The notes: generated by a model not told the origin, from the sequence alone. A stretch of DNA of 64,000 nt from Minisyncoccota bacterium (GCA_036169735.1 JAVHNX010000051.1:8569-72568); one strand, 5' to 3'. Positions 9,143-19,014 are shown, counted from the first letter of the stretch. Made by a program: numbers and translations.

Positions 9143-10085
9143 ATGCCTGAATTACCAGAAGTAGAGACAACCACTAGGGGCCTGAGAAAAGAGACTGTAG
9201 GCCTTAAAATAAAAGACGTTTGGACAGATTTAAATACCAAGGATAAACGTCAACATGATGCGGTCGCGAACCCGAAGTATTTTACTATTTTTAAAAAAGA
9301 AGTCGCGAACAAAAAAATAATATCAGTAGAAAGACAGGCAAAAAATATTTTGATAAATATGTCGGGTGGCAAAACTATTTTAATTCACCTAAAAATGACT
9401 GGTCATCTACTTTATGGAAAGTATAAATTTCACCCCTCCCCAACCCTCCCCTTAGCAAAGGGAGGGAGAAGTGTGGGGTCAATGGCTACCAGACGAACAG
9501 GGACCGCTACAAGACCCTTACAACAGGTTCATACATGTTATTTTTACTTTATCCAATAAAAAACATTTAGCTTTTTCAGATGCACGCAAATTTGGAAAGA
9601 TAACTTTGCTTGATACTAAAACAGCTCATGATTCAAGACATCTAAAAGATTTAGGACCAGATCCCCTATCTAAAGATTTTAGTTTAGAAAAATTTAAAGA
9701 AAGACTTTTTAAAAAACCAAATGGAAAAATAAAAACAATTCTAGTAGACCAGAGTGTACTCACTGGTATCGGAAATATTTATTCTGATGAAATACTTTGG
9801 TATGCAGGAATTCATCCAGAAAGAAGAGTGAAAGATATTAAGGAAAATGAATTCAAAAAAATGTTTCAAGTCACCAAAGAGACTTTAACTAAAGGTATAA
9901 ACTTTGGTGGAGACTCAATGTCAGATTACCGCAATATTTATGGTCTTCCAGGCAAATTTCAACTACACCACGAAGCTTATCATAGAACTGGGGAGAAATG
10001 CAGAAGAAAAGGATGCAAGGGTGTTATAATAAGAAAAGTTATTAATAGTCGGAGCGCACATTTTTGCTCCATTCATCAAATTTAA
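9143..10085 (+). pseudogene. mutM: Formamidopyrimidine-DNA glycosylase, frameshifted inside an inserted palindrome
   Basis: MPELPEVE and HLKMTG lie in one frame; DARKFG, LGPDPL, GIGNIYSDE and the C-terminal Zn finger lie in the next frame. The switch is at ~9431-9470. Confidence 0.85.
9431..9478 (+). repeat. Family C palindromic element inside mutM
   Basis: cacccctccccaaccctccccttagcaaagggagggagaagtgtgggg. Confidence 0.8.
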
Positions 10086-10100
10086 TTAAACAAAAAATAT

Positions 10101-10265
10101 ATGGCATGGGATCACTTAAAATGGTTAATCTTTGTTCTTATCGGACTTTGGTTTGTATGGTTTTTTACTGGTGGACCTCAAAGATATAGTAGCAATCAAG
10201 GACCTTTTCTTAGACCACCTGCTCCAATAGATACTGGGGAAATTTACGGACCTAAAGCTAAGTAG
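10101..10265 (+). CDS. Small membrane protein (54 aa, absent from ORF track)
   Basis: MAWDHLKWLIFVLIGLWFVWFFTGGPQRYSSNQGPFLRPPAPIDTGEIYGPKAK; A-rich leader; fills the gap after mutM. Confidence 0.75.
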   Translation: MAWDHLKWLIFVLIGLWFVWFFTGGPQRYSSNQGPFLRPPAPIDTGEIYGPKAK

Positions 10266-10282
10266 TGCAGTTTCTTTAAATT

Positions 10283-10783
10283 TTAAATACCTAGCATTCT
10301 AAAAAGTGCGATTCCTAAAGACACCGAAACATTCAATGACTCCTTCTTCCCTTTCATTGGAATCTCCGCAATAACATCACACTTCGATAAAATACTTTTT
10401 GGAATTCCAGAAACTTCCGTACCGACAATAAAAGCAGTCTTCTCTTTTGTTTTTACTTTTTTGTAATCAACAGAATTTTCTGACTGCTCTATGGCTATGA
10501 TTAAAAAACCTTCTTTCTTTAATTTTGTAATAAGTGGCAAAATACTTTTCTTTTGCTCCCATTGAACAAATTCTTCCGCACCGAGAGCAGACTTCGCTAT
10601 ATCTTTGCGCTTTATACCGAAACGATCCAAAGGTGCCGGAGTGTAACCAGTCAAATATATCTTGGAAATACCGGCTGCATCAGCCGTACGAAACATTGCT
10701 CCGACGTTCTCAGTACTACGAATATCAAGCAAAATTAAAACGTTTCCTTGATTTTGTTTGCCAATGGGTTGATTTTTTACCAT
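10283..10783 (-). CDS. TrmH/SpoU family RNA methyltransferase
   Basis: DIRSTENVGAMFRTAD, VGTEVSGI, IPMKGKKESLNVSV. Confidence 0.92.
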   Translation of the reverse strand: MVKNQPIGKQNQGNVLILLDIRSTENVGAMFRTADAAGISKIYLTGYTPAPLDRFGIKRKDIAKSALGAEEFVQWEQKKSILPLITKLKKEGFLIIAIEQSENSVDYKKVKTKEKTAFIVGTEVSGIPKSILSKCDVIAEIPMKGKKESLNVSVSLGIALFRMLGI

Positions 10784-10892
10784 ATTTCTTATACTATCAT
10801 AAGTACGCAATAGATTTGTGTTTGTGGTCTGTTGAAAAATAAATATATGCGCTGTGTGTAACATATAAGATAGGGTATATTTATATAATGAT

Positions 10893-10965
10893 GCGCTCGT
10901 AGCTCAGTCGGTAGAGCAGCTCCCTTTTAAGGAGATTGTCGTTGGTTCGATTCCAACCGAGCGCA
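10893..10965 (+). tRNA. tRNA-Lys(TTT), CCA not encoded
   Basis: Acceptor gcgctcg/cgagcgc; anticodon loop ctTTTaa; T arm gttgg-ttcgatt-ccaac. Confidence 0.93.
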
Positions 10966-11010
10966 CAAAACAAGAACCCAACAAAAGCACCCTGCGGTGC
11001 TTTTGTTTGT

Positions 11011-11111
11011 TTTGTGCGAGCCACAGGTATGTTTTGTTAGTAAACAAAACAACCGAGGCAGGGTCGTGAAAATTTTGTTTTGTCGAAAACAAAATTATTC
11101 CTGACCACAAA
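11011..11111 (+). repeat. Multibranch hairpin element downstream of tRNA-Lys
   Basis: tttgtg...cacaaa outer stem; inner gttttgtt-agta-aacaaaac and aattttgtttt-gtcg-aaaacaaaatt. Confidence 0.6.
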
Positions 11112-11219
11112 CTAATTCGAGTTTCCGGAGATTTAAGATCCGGAAACAACCTAATTTTAATTAAAAAAAACTACAACGCAGAGAATTGTAGTTTTGTATT
11201 TTGCAGCTTATTTAAATAT

Positions 11220-11405
11220 TTATTTTTTTGAACCGATAAATGCTTTCGCAAAGATAAACACACCATAATTCTGTCTATAATTTTCTATAATTTCCCCTCT
11301 AGGAGATGTAAACACAGCCTCAATAAAAATAGGTATTTTGATTGTTGTCTTATTGACGAATACTCTTAACAAGGTAAGTCTGATAAACGAGATTTTCTTT
11401 TTCAT
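11220..11405 (-). CDS. Hypothetical small protein
   Basis: 61 aa ATG ORF with an upstream TTGACT..GATATT-like promoter; no recognisable motif. Confidence 0.35.
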   Translation of the reverse strand: MKKKISFIRLTLLRVFVNKTTIKIPIFIEAVFTSPRGEIIENYRQNYGVFIFAKAFIGSKK

Positions 11406-11544
11406 TTCTATAATTTTTAGGAACAGTTTAACTCAAATTTATTTACCCAAACAATATCACAAAAACATTGACGAGTCAAAGAATGTTTGGTAATGTGACG
11501 ATATATTTGTTGCTTGAAATAAACCAAACTTAATCCCTCACAAT

Positions 11545-12165
11545 ATGAAGCCTAACCTATTTTTTGATTTTGATAATACAAAATTCAACACCACCCCTGC
11601 TTTAATGTTATATATAAACCAAAGGTGGAATATAAACTCCATCGAATCTGATTACATAGGCAAAAACGATGATTTAGAATTAGTCGTGGGAAAATACAGA
11701 ACCGATATTGAAATTAATCGTGATGAAGTATACGAAGATCTTGGAAGAGATTACAATAAATCTATTCTACGACAAAAAGATGTTCCCTCTATAAAAAATA
11801 TGCGTAGGGTTATAAAGTTACTTTCAAAAAAATACACACTATGGACTGTAACAGCTCGACAAAAAGAAGGTATGCACGTCATTAAATACCTACTTGATAA
11901 ACACATTCCAGGATGTATCAGTGGTATCCACTGTGTATGGGAACGTAAAGCTAGTGGCATTTCCATAGAAACATCAAAAAAGGATTTTATTGAAAGCATT
12001 TCTGGAGAAAAAGTTGCATTCATTGATGATTCTCCAAAAGAGATATTAAAAATGCAATCAATTATTCCCTCTTACCTTTTTGACCCAAGTAAGTTACATG
12101 AAAATTTAACAGGAATAAATAACCGCATTTACAGTTGGAATGAAATCGGCAAAAAATTTCTTTAG
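11545..12165 (+). CDS. HAD-superfamily hydrolase, 5'(3')-deoxyribonucleotidase-like
   Basis: FFDFDNT (motif I), VTAR (II), K..FIDDS (III/IV), SWNEI tail. Confidence 0.75.
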   Translation: MKPNLFFDFDNTKFNTTPALMLYINQRWNINSIESDYIGKNDDLELVVGKYRTDIEINRDEVYEDLGRDYNKSILRQKDVPSIKNMRRVIKLLSKKYTLWTVTARQKEGMHVIKYLLDKHIPGCISGIHCVWERKASGISIETSKKDFIESISGEKVAFIDDSPKEILKMQSIIPSYLFDPSKLHENLTGINNRIYSWNEIGKKFL

Positions 12166-12222
12166 TTAAAAGCAAAACAGTATTACGTAAAAATAATACT
12201 GTTTTTTTATTTCTATAAAAAA

Positions 12223-12618
12223 TTATCTCATCTGTTCCCCAACAGCTTCATCCTCTACATCTTTGTCTGCATCTGCCTTAGTAAGATGAATACGTCCATC
12301 AATATGATTTGGTGGAGCGTAAACTGTATAAATCTTTAGTGAACTCGTACCAGTATTTATAAAATTATGTTTTATACCAGGCGTAACAACCACAACATCA
12401 CCCGCAGCGATAGGACTTTCTTTTCCATCCAAGACTGCTTTACCGACACCACTCAAGAAGAACAGAGTCTGTTCAGTAAACTTATGTGTCTCTTCTCCAA
12501 CTTCCACACCAGGAGGAATATCCATCATAACGAGCTGACTTCTTGTACCAGTAAAAAGAACTTTTCTAAAATAAGTATTTGTTTCTGTTTCTTTAACGAT
12601 ATTTGTTATATATGGCAT
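12223..12618 (-). CDS. Cupin-domain protein
   Basis: FRKVLFTG..SQLVMM, GEETH, AGDVVVVTPGIKHNFIN, YTVYAPPNH. Confidence 0.88.
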   Translation of the reverse strand: MPYITNIVKETETNTYFRKVLFTGTRSQLVMMDIPPGVEVGEETHKFTEQTLFFLSGVGKAVLDGKESPIAAGDVVVVTPGIKHNFINTGTSSLKIYTVYAPPNHIDGRIHLTKADADKDVEDEAVGEQMR

Positions 12619-12782
12619 ATGAGCTTTGCTATTTATTAAAAATAATTCATTACTCTGTTTATTTTGATAATAACGAAACATACTGGCTAAAATAATAAAT
12701 AGGACTACTATAATTAAAACTAAATGCCATTTTTTTAATCTTTCTATAATATATTTATTATACTTATTTTTTAAAAACTATA

Positions 12783-13430
12783 CTAAAAAGCCTTAAGCAA
12801 AAACTGTTCAAAAGCAGATTCATCATCAAAACCAAACTTGCGGGACTCCGGTAAAAGATAAGAAATTTTTGATGCGAAGTTTTTTAACTCATCTTCTGAA
12901 AATTTCCTAAAACTCTTTTTCAAAATCATATCTTTCGCTTTCCAAAATAAGATTCCAATAAGTTCCTCCATCCCTACCCCTTTATCCATCGCTTGTCTGA
13001 AATGAACCCAAAGATTCAGTTTGTCTCTATCTTCAAAAGCGTAAGCCAAAAGAAAACTATTAAATTTTTCTTTTTTTTCTTTGGGTAGTTCAAAAATATT
13101 CAATTCTGCTCGAGCTTTTTTGAAACTATCCAGAACTGGTTTGTTTAGTTTACCTTCTAGAAAAATAAAATAATTTTTAGATCGCACCATAAACTCCAAC
13201 CTTTTCAAGATAAAATCCAAGGTCTCCTCACGCTCAAAAATATTTTCATAAACTACTGCACACTGCGTAAAAAAAAGACCAGCACCAGAATAAAAACTTT
13301 CTGTTTGCATTTGATTAAAATCATTTTTCCCAATAAAAAAAGTCTCCATATCTTTAGACAGAGACTTTATGAATTTCTTGTAAGTACTACGCTTGGTCTT
13401 AGTATCATCACCAGCAAAAAGATATATCAT
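12783..13430 (-). CDS. holA: DNA polymerase III delta subunit (short form)
   Basis: MIYLFAGDD start, GLF motif, FNSFLLAYAF..RDK and ILFWK; lies next to polA. Confidence 0.65.
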   Translation of the reverse strand: MIYLFAGDDTKTKRSTYKKFIKSLSKDMETFFIGKNDFNQMQTESFYSGAGLFFTQCAVVYENIFEREETLDFILKRLEFMVRSKNYFIFLEGKLNKPVLDSFKKARAELNIFELPKEKKEKFNSFLLAYAFEDRDKLNLWVHFRQAMDKGVGMEELIGILFWKAKDMILKKSFRKFSEDELKNFASKISYLLPESRKFGFDDESAFEQFLLKAF

Positions 13431-13433
13431 ATA

Positions 13434-13934
13434 TTAAAATCTAAATAATTTTTTGTACTCGAGATATGGGGTACCGTATTTATCGACAAGGATTAATTCT
13501 TCTTTTCTTGAAAAGACAGACTTGGTTATAAAAAAAGAAATAACTGAAAATAAAATGACAAATGTAGCATTAACAATAAAACCAAAACTTAAAATCAAAA
13601 GGAAAAGACCGAAATATGTCGGTGTACGAGTAAAATAATAAGGACCATGACAAAAAGCTTCCTTGGTTACAGTTTCTTTTTTAAAATCTCTCAAAGTTCT
13701 TTGCGCCCAAAGAATTAGAACGGAAGACAAAACAAGCAGGACAAAACCAACAGGTGTCATGATAGACTGATCAAAAAATTTGTATGGAAAAATAAAATCA
13801 AAAAAGACTCCAAGCAAAAGAGCGGTAAAATAAAAAATATAAGAATACGCGAATATAATATGAATATTTTTGTTCGAGGAAGCCTTTGTATCCGGGCTAC
13901 ATATATTTGTTTGAGTTTTTTCTTCCAGACGCAT
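13434..13934 (-). CDS. Isoprenylcysteine carboxyl methyltransferase (PEMT/ICMT)-like membrane protein
   Basis: GPYYFTRTPTY and EE.IL..KYG.PYLEYK motifs; several TM segments. Confidence 0.75.
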   Translation of the reverse strand: MRLEEKTQTNICSPDTKASSNKNIHIIFAYSYIFYFTALLLGVFFDFIFPYKFFDQSIMTPVGFVLLVLSSVLILWAQRTLRDFKKETVTKEAFCHGPYYFTRTPTYFGLFLLILSFGFIVNATFVILFSVISFFITKSVFSRKEELILVDKYGTPYLEYKKLFRF

Positions 13935-13972
13935 ACAGGATTAATTATACCACGAAAAATTGGTCAAGTATA

Positions 13973-16432
13973 TTATTTAACCTCTCCAAAATTATTTCCT
14001 GATCCAGAATGAACCTCTAGTGGGACGTCTGTTTTGAAGTGCAGATATGACCTTGAGAGTACTGTTTCCATTGCATTTAATATTATTTTTTCAGCTTTTG
14101 GCAGGACACTTTCCTCTATTTCGTAGACAATTTCATCATGAATTTGAAGTACCAAATGGGCCTTTTCCAATAAACCAGCCTCTTTTAGGTCTTCACAGCT
14201 GTAACGCATTGCTAGTTTGATAAGATCAGCCGCAGTTCCCTGCAAAGGTGCATTCGTAGCAGTACGTTCTGCCATTTTTTGTAAAAATGGAATTCTAGAT
14301 TTTATATTTGGAAAATATCTTTTTCTGCCAAACAAAGTCTCAGTGTAAGCATTTTTTGTTGCTGCAGCCTTGACCTCTTCTAAATAATCTCGCACACCTG
14401 AGAATTGATTAAAATAATTATCGTAAAAAGTTTGTGCTTCTGCTAGAGTACCTCCGAGATTTTTCTTTAGACTCGAAACTCCCATACCATAAATAATACC
14501 GAAGTTTATAACTTTCGCCCGACGACGCATTTCTTTGTCGATTTTATCCATTGGTACACCAAACACAAAAGAGGCTACCCCAGAGTGAATATCTTTTTTT
14601 TCTTTAAAAATCTGGGTCATTTTTTTATCACCCGAAAGTATCGCGGCAACACGAAGCTCAATCTGACTATAATCAAAAGCTGCGAGCTTGTAACCTTTCT
14701 CTGCTATGAACCCTCCACGGATTCTCCTACCGAGTTCTGATTTGATTGGTAAGTTTTGTAAATTTGGATCTTGAGATGAGAATCTTCCAGTCGTCGTGCC
14801 ATTCTGCAAAAACTTTGCGTGCAAGCGATTGTCTTCAGTCGTCATTTTTGGAATAACATCAATATAAGTAGAAAGTAATTTTTGTAATTCTCGGTAACTC
14901 ATTATTTCTTTTATGATTGGGTTCCCCTCTTCTAGTTCTTCGAGAACTGAAATCTTGGTTGAAAAAGAACCACTCGTACCTTTTTTCTTGGTAGTTTTAA
15001 TTCCCATTTTTTCAAAAAGAACTTCGGCAAGTTGTTTGGGAGAATTTATATTAAATTCTGTGCCAGCTATTTCATAAATCTTTTTGGTCAACTTATCCAA
15101 CTCAATATGATACTCAGCTGACAAACTTTCAAAATATTTTTTATCAATCAATATTCCATGATCTTGCATTTCTTTCACAATCGGCATTATCGGTTTTTCT
15201 ACTTCATCGAAAACAAGAGTGAGTTTTTCTTCATGAAGCTTTTTAAATACATATTCATAAGCAACCTTAAAAGACTCAGTCTTGGCATAAAATAAAATAT
15301 CATCCAAGCTTGGGTTCGTCATATCAGAATTGATAAGCCACAAAGCAATAGAGGCTTCCTGTAGCTCATTTGGATATATCTCTTCAATATTCTCTGCCAC
15401 AGAAGGCCCCTGTAAATTTAGAGGTTTTTCCGATGGTCTGGCCGAGCTTACTAGCGAAGGAGATCCGAGGACCTCGGTAAAATCTGCTAAATTTTCAGGG
15501 GCCTTCCCGTCACCTTTATTAAAAAAACCTCTTACTCTTGAGAGTAAACTCCTAAATTCAAACTCAGAAAAAACATGTTCAACTTTTTTCAAATCAGCAG
15601 CATCCCAAAAAGTCTTTTCTGGCATACTGAAATCTACCGGAGCATCAGTTCTTATTTTCGCTAATACTTTTGAAAACTCAGCTTCTTCTTCATTATTTTT
15701 TATCAGTTCGATGATTCTAGGTTTGATACCTGCTTTAATAAAAACTTCCGGGTCTTTCTTTATTTTTTTATAAATTTCCTCAATAGTTCCAAAATTAACA
15801 ATCAAATCTGTCGCAGTCTTTTCTCCAATACCTTTGATACCGATAATATTATCAGATGGGTCACCTCGTAGACCTTTGTAGTCCGGCAAGAGTCTTGGTT
15901 CGAAACCAAATCTTTCTTTCATTTTTTCTTCATCATATAAAATAGTGTCATTGATTCCCTTCTTCAAAGTAAAGACTTGGACTTTTTTACCATCTACGAG
16001 CTGCATTGTATCCATATCACCGGAAGCAATAATAATATTTATAGTTTTATCTTTTTTAAATTTTTCAACAATTGTACCCAAGACATCATCCGCTTCGAAA
16101 CCTGGGGCGTCATAAATCGGAATATTAAAAGCCTCAAAAATTTGTCGGGAACTTTTTAATTGTGAGATCAATCCTTCATCAGCTTTCGCTCGGCCTGCTT
16201 TGTATTTATCATAAGCTTCATGACGAAAAGTTTTCTGTGGCAAGTCATAACAAGCCACAATATAATCCGGCTTCAAATCAGTGATGATCTTCATTAACAT
16301 TGTTGAAAGACCATAGAGTGCACCAGTCGGCTCACCCTTGGACGACATAAATTCCGGCAAAGCATGATAAGCACGATGAATTATCGCATGTGAATCGAGC
16401 AACACTAATGTTTTAAGTTTATCATTTTTCAT
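13973..16432 (-). CDS. polA: DNA polymerase I
   Basis: 5'-3' exonuclease (LLDSH..HRAYHA, GFEADD, GDPSDNI) and polymerase motifs (TGRFSSQDPNLQN, DYSQIELR, KVINFGIIYG, QIHDE). Confidence 0.97.
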   Translation of the reverse strand: MKNDKLKTLVLLDSHAIIHRAYHALPEFMSSKGEPTGALYGLSTMLMKIITDLKPDYIVACYDLPQKTFRHEAYDKYKAGRAKADEGLISQLKSSRQIFEAFNIPIYDAPGFEADDVLGTIVEKFKKDKTINIIIASGDMDTMQLVDGKKVQVFTLKKGINDTILYDEEKMKERFGFEPRLLPDYKGLRGDPSDNIIGIKGIGEKTATDLIVNFGTIEEIYKKIKKDPEVFIKAGIKPRIIELIKNNEEEAEFSKVLAKIRTDAPVDFSMPEKTFWDAADLKKVEHVFSEFEFRSLLSRVRGFFNKGDGKAPENLADFTEVLGSPSLVSSARPSEKPLNLQGPSVAENIEEIYPNELQEASIALWLINSDMTNPSLDDILFYAKTESFKVAYEYVFKKLHEEKLTLVFDEVEKPIMPIVKEMQDHGILIDKKYFESLSAEYHIELDKLTKKIYEIAGTEFNINSPKQLAEVLFEKMGIKTTKKKGTSGSFSTKISVLEELEEGNPIIKEIMSYRELQKLLSTYIDVIPKMTTEDNRLHAKFLQNGTTTGRFSSQDPNLQNLPIKSELGRRIRGGFIAEKGYKLAAFDYSQIELRVAAILSGDKKMTQIFKEKKDIHSGVASFVFGVPMDKIDKEMRRRAKVINFGIIYGMGVSSLKKNLGGTLAEAQTFYDNYFNQFSGVRDYLEEVKAAATKNAYTETLFGRKRYFPNIKSRIPFLQKMAERTATNAPLQGTAADLIKLAMRYSCEDLKEAGLLEKAHLVLQIHDEIVYEIEESVLPKAEKIILNAMETVLSRSYLHFKTDVPLEVHSGSGNNFGEVK
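15402..15506. repeat. 105-bp long-stem hairpin element, in frame in the polA interdomain linker
   Basis: Arms gaaggcccctgtaaatttag / ctaaattttcaggggccttc (1 mismatch) around a GC-rich core. Confidence 0.8.
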
Positions 16433-16475
16433 TAATGAAAATTATAGCATTTATAGTGATTTTATTTAAAAAACG

Positions 16476-16605
16476 GTAGGTCTTGCCTACAGCTTACATT
16501 ATTGTTCCAGTTCACGTTCACCTTACAAAGCTCGCCTTTTGCAATAAAACCATCTCTTCCGCTAGGTTTCCGCTAGGTCTTTCCGCTAGGTCTTGCCTAG
16601 CGGAA
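16476..16605. repeat. REP cluster downstream of RAYT
   Basis: gtaggtcttgcctac (16476); ttccgctaggt x3; palindrome ttccgctaggtcttgcctagcggaa (16581-16605), which contains the RAYT stop codon. Confidence 0.85.
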
Positions 16606-17257
16606 GATTATAATTGAACCAATCAAAAACTTCTTGCCAAAAAACATCTTCAGTTGGAAAATACTTCGGAAAAGATTTCCTATCTAAAATCTTTTCCTCT
16701 ACTCTTTTGAATCCGGAATAATCAAGGAAACTTGAGTATTGATAATTTTTAAGATAATTTAACGTAATATTTTTATTTTTAATACCCTTTTCTATCCATT
16801 CTTTATCTATTAGTTTAATGGGATTAAAATGAATATAAGAAAATACATATTTCAAATATTGATCAGTATTGAGATGTTGTGATTTAAACTTACCTTCGAA
16901 TAATCCACCTGTTCGCTTATATTTTTTATTATAATACATCACATAAGCAGTAGAAAGCTTTTGCATAAATTTACTTAGGTTCCCATCATCTCCTTGAGTA
17001 ATCAATAAATGAAAATGATTAGGCATCAAACAATATGCTCCGATACTAACTAATGGACTATTTCTATCTATATCAAATAAAGTATCTCCTTTCGACAAAT
17101 TATCAATTTTAAAGTTATCTTTCTGGTTACAAGCATACAAAAGACCAATAAAGTGAACATAATCTTCTTTACTATTAAAAATTTTTTGCTTACTGTTTCC
17201 CCTATTATAAATATGATAATACTCACCTAGAGCAAACGGCACTGTGCGTATAGACAT
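16586..17257 (-). mobile_element. REP-associated tyrosine transposase (RAYT, HUH Y1 family)
   Basis: YHIYNRG, AYCLMPNHFHLL (HUH), GGLFEGKFKS, YIHFNP (catalytic Tyr), YQYSS; REP palindromes in inverted orientation on both sides. Confidence 0.92.
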
Positions 17258-17279
17258 AATATTATTATATACTTTCCTC

Positions 17280-17315
17280 TCCGCTAGGCAAGACCTAGCG
17301 GAAGACCTAGCGGAA
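17280..17315. repeat. REP upstream of RAYT
   Basis: tccgctaggcaagacctagcggaagacctagcggaa, the reverse complement of the downstream REP plus an extra half copy. Confidence 0.85.
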
Positions 17316-17605
17316 CACACGCGTCCCAAACCATGAAACGCTGTATATTATTTGGAAAATAAATTTCTCCAGATTATCTCACCAACAAATTATTTTTTAT
17401 TTTTTCACAATACCACAACTCTTTTGTTAGGCATTACCCAACAAAACTCTCTGTAATATTGCAAATATATCTTTTACCCTAAGCTTGTACTAGGACACAA
17501 CCAAAGATAACAAAAGAATACATACCTATTATACAAAATTACATAAAAAAATCCCCCTGAAAAATTTCAGAGGGATTAAGAGATTAAGAACTTAAGGGTT
17601 TAGTC

Positions 17606-18337
17606 TTAAGAATTTAAGCGAAATGTTGCAGGAACCACAAAACGATGCCGACCCGAAGCACACCAAACACTGTAGTACGACAACCTGTCGACATTGAGCA
17701 GCAAGCGACCATCGTCACTGAAGTACACGTCGGCAACGAAGAACTCTTTCTTTTTTTCAACTTCTTCTTCAAAAAGGAAGAAAGTTCCACAACCATCCGT
17801 GCGAAGCCATGAAGAGTTTTCAAGACAAAATTTTTCAATTTGTTCCTGTGAATCAAATTTCAATTTCTTAAGATCCACATTGAATGAATTAAAAATTTCT
17901 TTGAAAGTTCCATCTTTAGCATGCATTTCCCAAACTTCTGCTTCTGTTTCCAAAGTAGCCGGCTGAGCAGTATCAAGTTTCCAATTTTTAAAATCATTAT
18001 CTAAATGAGCAGGAAAACTTTTACTAGCATAAGCCAATGAAGCTCTCGGTCCACCAGTGCAAGCAGAAATTTTTGGATTTTTACCTCCTGAAATCAAGCG
18101 GAGGTGAGATGTTTCTTTTACTTCATTTGTTATTGCAGATTTAATTGTTTCAACTTTTGGGAAAATTTTACGGAACATTTCTTCCATAATTTTTGGAAGA
18201 TCTTTATTCCCAATAATTTCATTTTGCATATCCTCTTCGTAAACCCAAGATGGGATTGCTTTTAAGATTGCATTATTTGCTTCGGTAGTATGCTTTGCAA
18301 ACTTTCCGACATTCTCAATTAGTTTTGTCATGAGCAT
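17606..18337 (-). CDS. Hypothetical protein
   Basis: Long ORF with its own TTGACA-18-TATACT promoter and a terminator at ~17550. Confidence 0.7.
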   Translation of the reverse strand: MLMTKLIENVGKFAKHTTEANNAILKAIPSWVYEEDMQNEIIGNKDLPKIMEEMFRKIFPKVETIKSAITNEVKETSHLRLISGGKNPKISACTGGPRASLAYASKSFPAHLDNDFKNWKLDTAQPATLETEAEVWEMHAKDGTFKEIFNSFNVDLKKLKFDSQEQIEKFCLENSSWLRTDGCGTFFLFEEEVEKKKEFFVADVYFSDDGRLLLNVDRLSYYSVWCASGRHRFVVPATFRLNS

Positions 18338-18462
18338 TTCGTATTTTATTGTAAAAGAAATATAGATTTTCGAGCGAAGCTCAGGCAGTCTTTTGACCTT
18401 AAAACTAGATAAAGTATAGCACAAAAAGTGGTCATTTGTCAAGCCATGAAAAATATCCTTAT

Positions 18463-18951
18463 TTATAGTCCTTTTATCTTGAAGCTTCTATGCCCTTCTT
18501 TGGTATGCGAGATTGAAATCTTGTGATGTTTTTTCGGCATAGCTTTTTTAACATTCTCCGGCCATTCAATAAAAACTAAATGTTCTGGGTTTGAAATTAT
18601 TTCTGCCCAGCCTAGATTTAAGAGTTCTTGTTCGTTTTTTAATCTGTATGCGTCTAAGTGAAAAAGATTCTTGAACCCGTTCTTTCTCCTCCCCCTTACC
18701 AAGGGGGAGGTTGGGAGGGGGTTCTTCAGTGGATACCGCCTCATAATCACATAAGTCGGACTATTCACCTTGCCCTTGATACCCAAAAGTTTCGCGACGG
18801 CTTGAGTGAAAGTAGTCTTCCCTGTTCCGAGTTCACCCGACAAACCAATAACGCACGCGTTTTTACATTCTTTATTTAAAACGGTATCGAGGAATTCTTC
18901 CGCTATCTTTTCTGTGTCTTTTTGATTTTTTGAAATTATCTTATTTGGCAT
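18463..18951 (-). CDS. tsaE: tRNA t6A biosynthesis ATPase TsaE
   Basis: GELGTGKT, VNSPTY, HLDAYRL, FIEWPE. Confidence 0.95.
   Translation of the reverse strand: MPNKIISKNQKDTEKIAEEFLDTVLNKECKNACVIGLSGELGTGKTTFTQAVAKLLGIKGKVNSPTYVIMRRYPLKNPLPTSPLVRGRRKNGFKNLFHLDAYRLKNEQELLNLGWAEIISNPEHLVFIEWPENVKKAMPKKHHKISISHTKEGHRSFKIKGL
18685..18724 (-). repeat. Family C palindromic element, in frame inside tsaE
   Basis: Minus strand gaaccccctcccaacctcccccttggtaagggggaggaga, encoding NPLPTSPLVRGRR. Confidence 0.85.
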
Positions 18952-19014
18952 ATATTTTACATTTTAGCATAAAAAAAAGACCCCAAATATTTGGGGTCTC
19001 ACTAAATAATTATA

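Noticed and set aside
16586-17329. IS200/IS605 insertion sequence; also the extended 247-aa start
   Set aside because: No tnpB is present and the motifs and REP flanks fit RAYT; the N-terminal extension is translated REP sequence.
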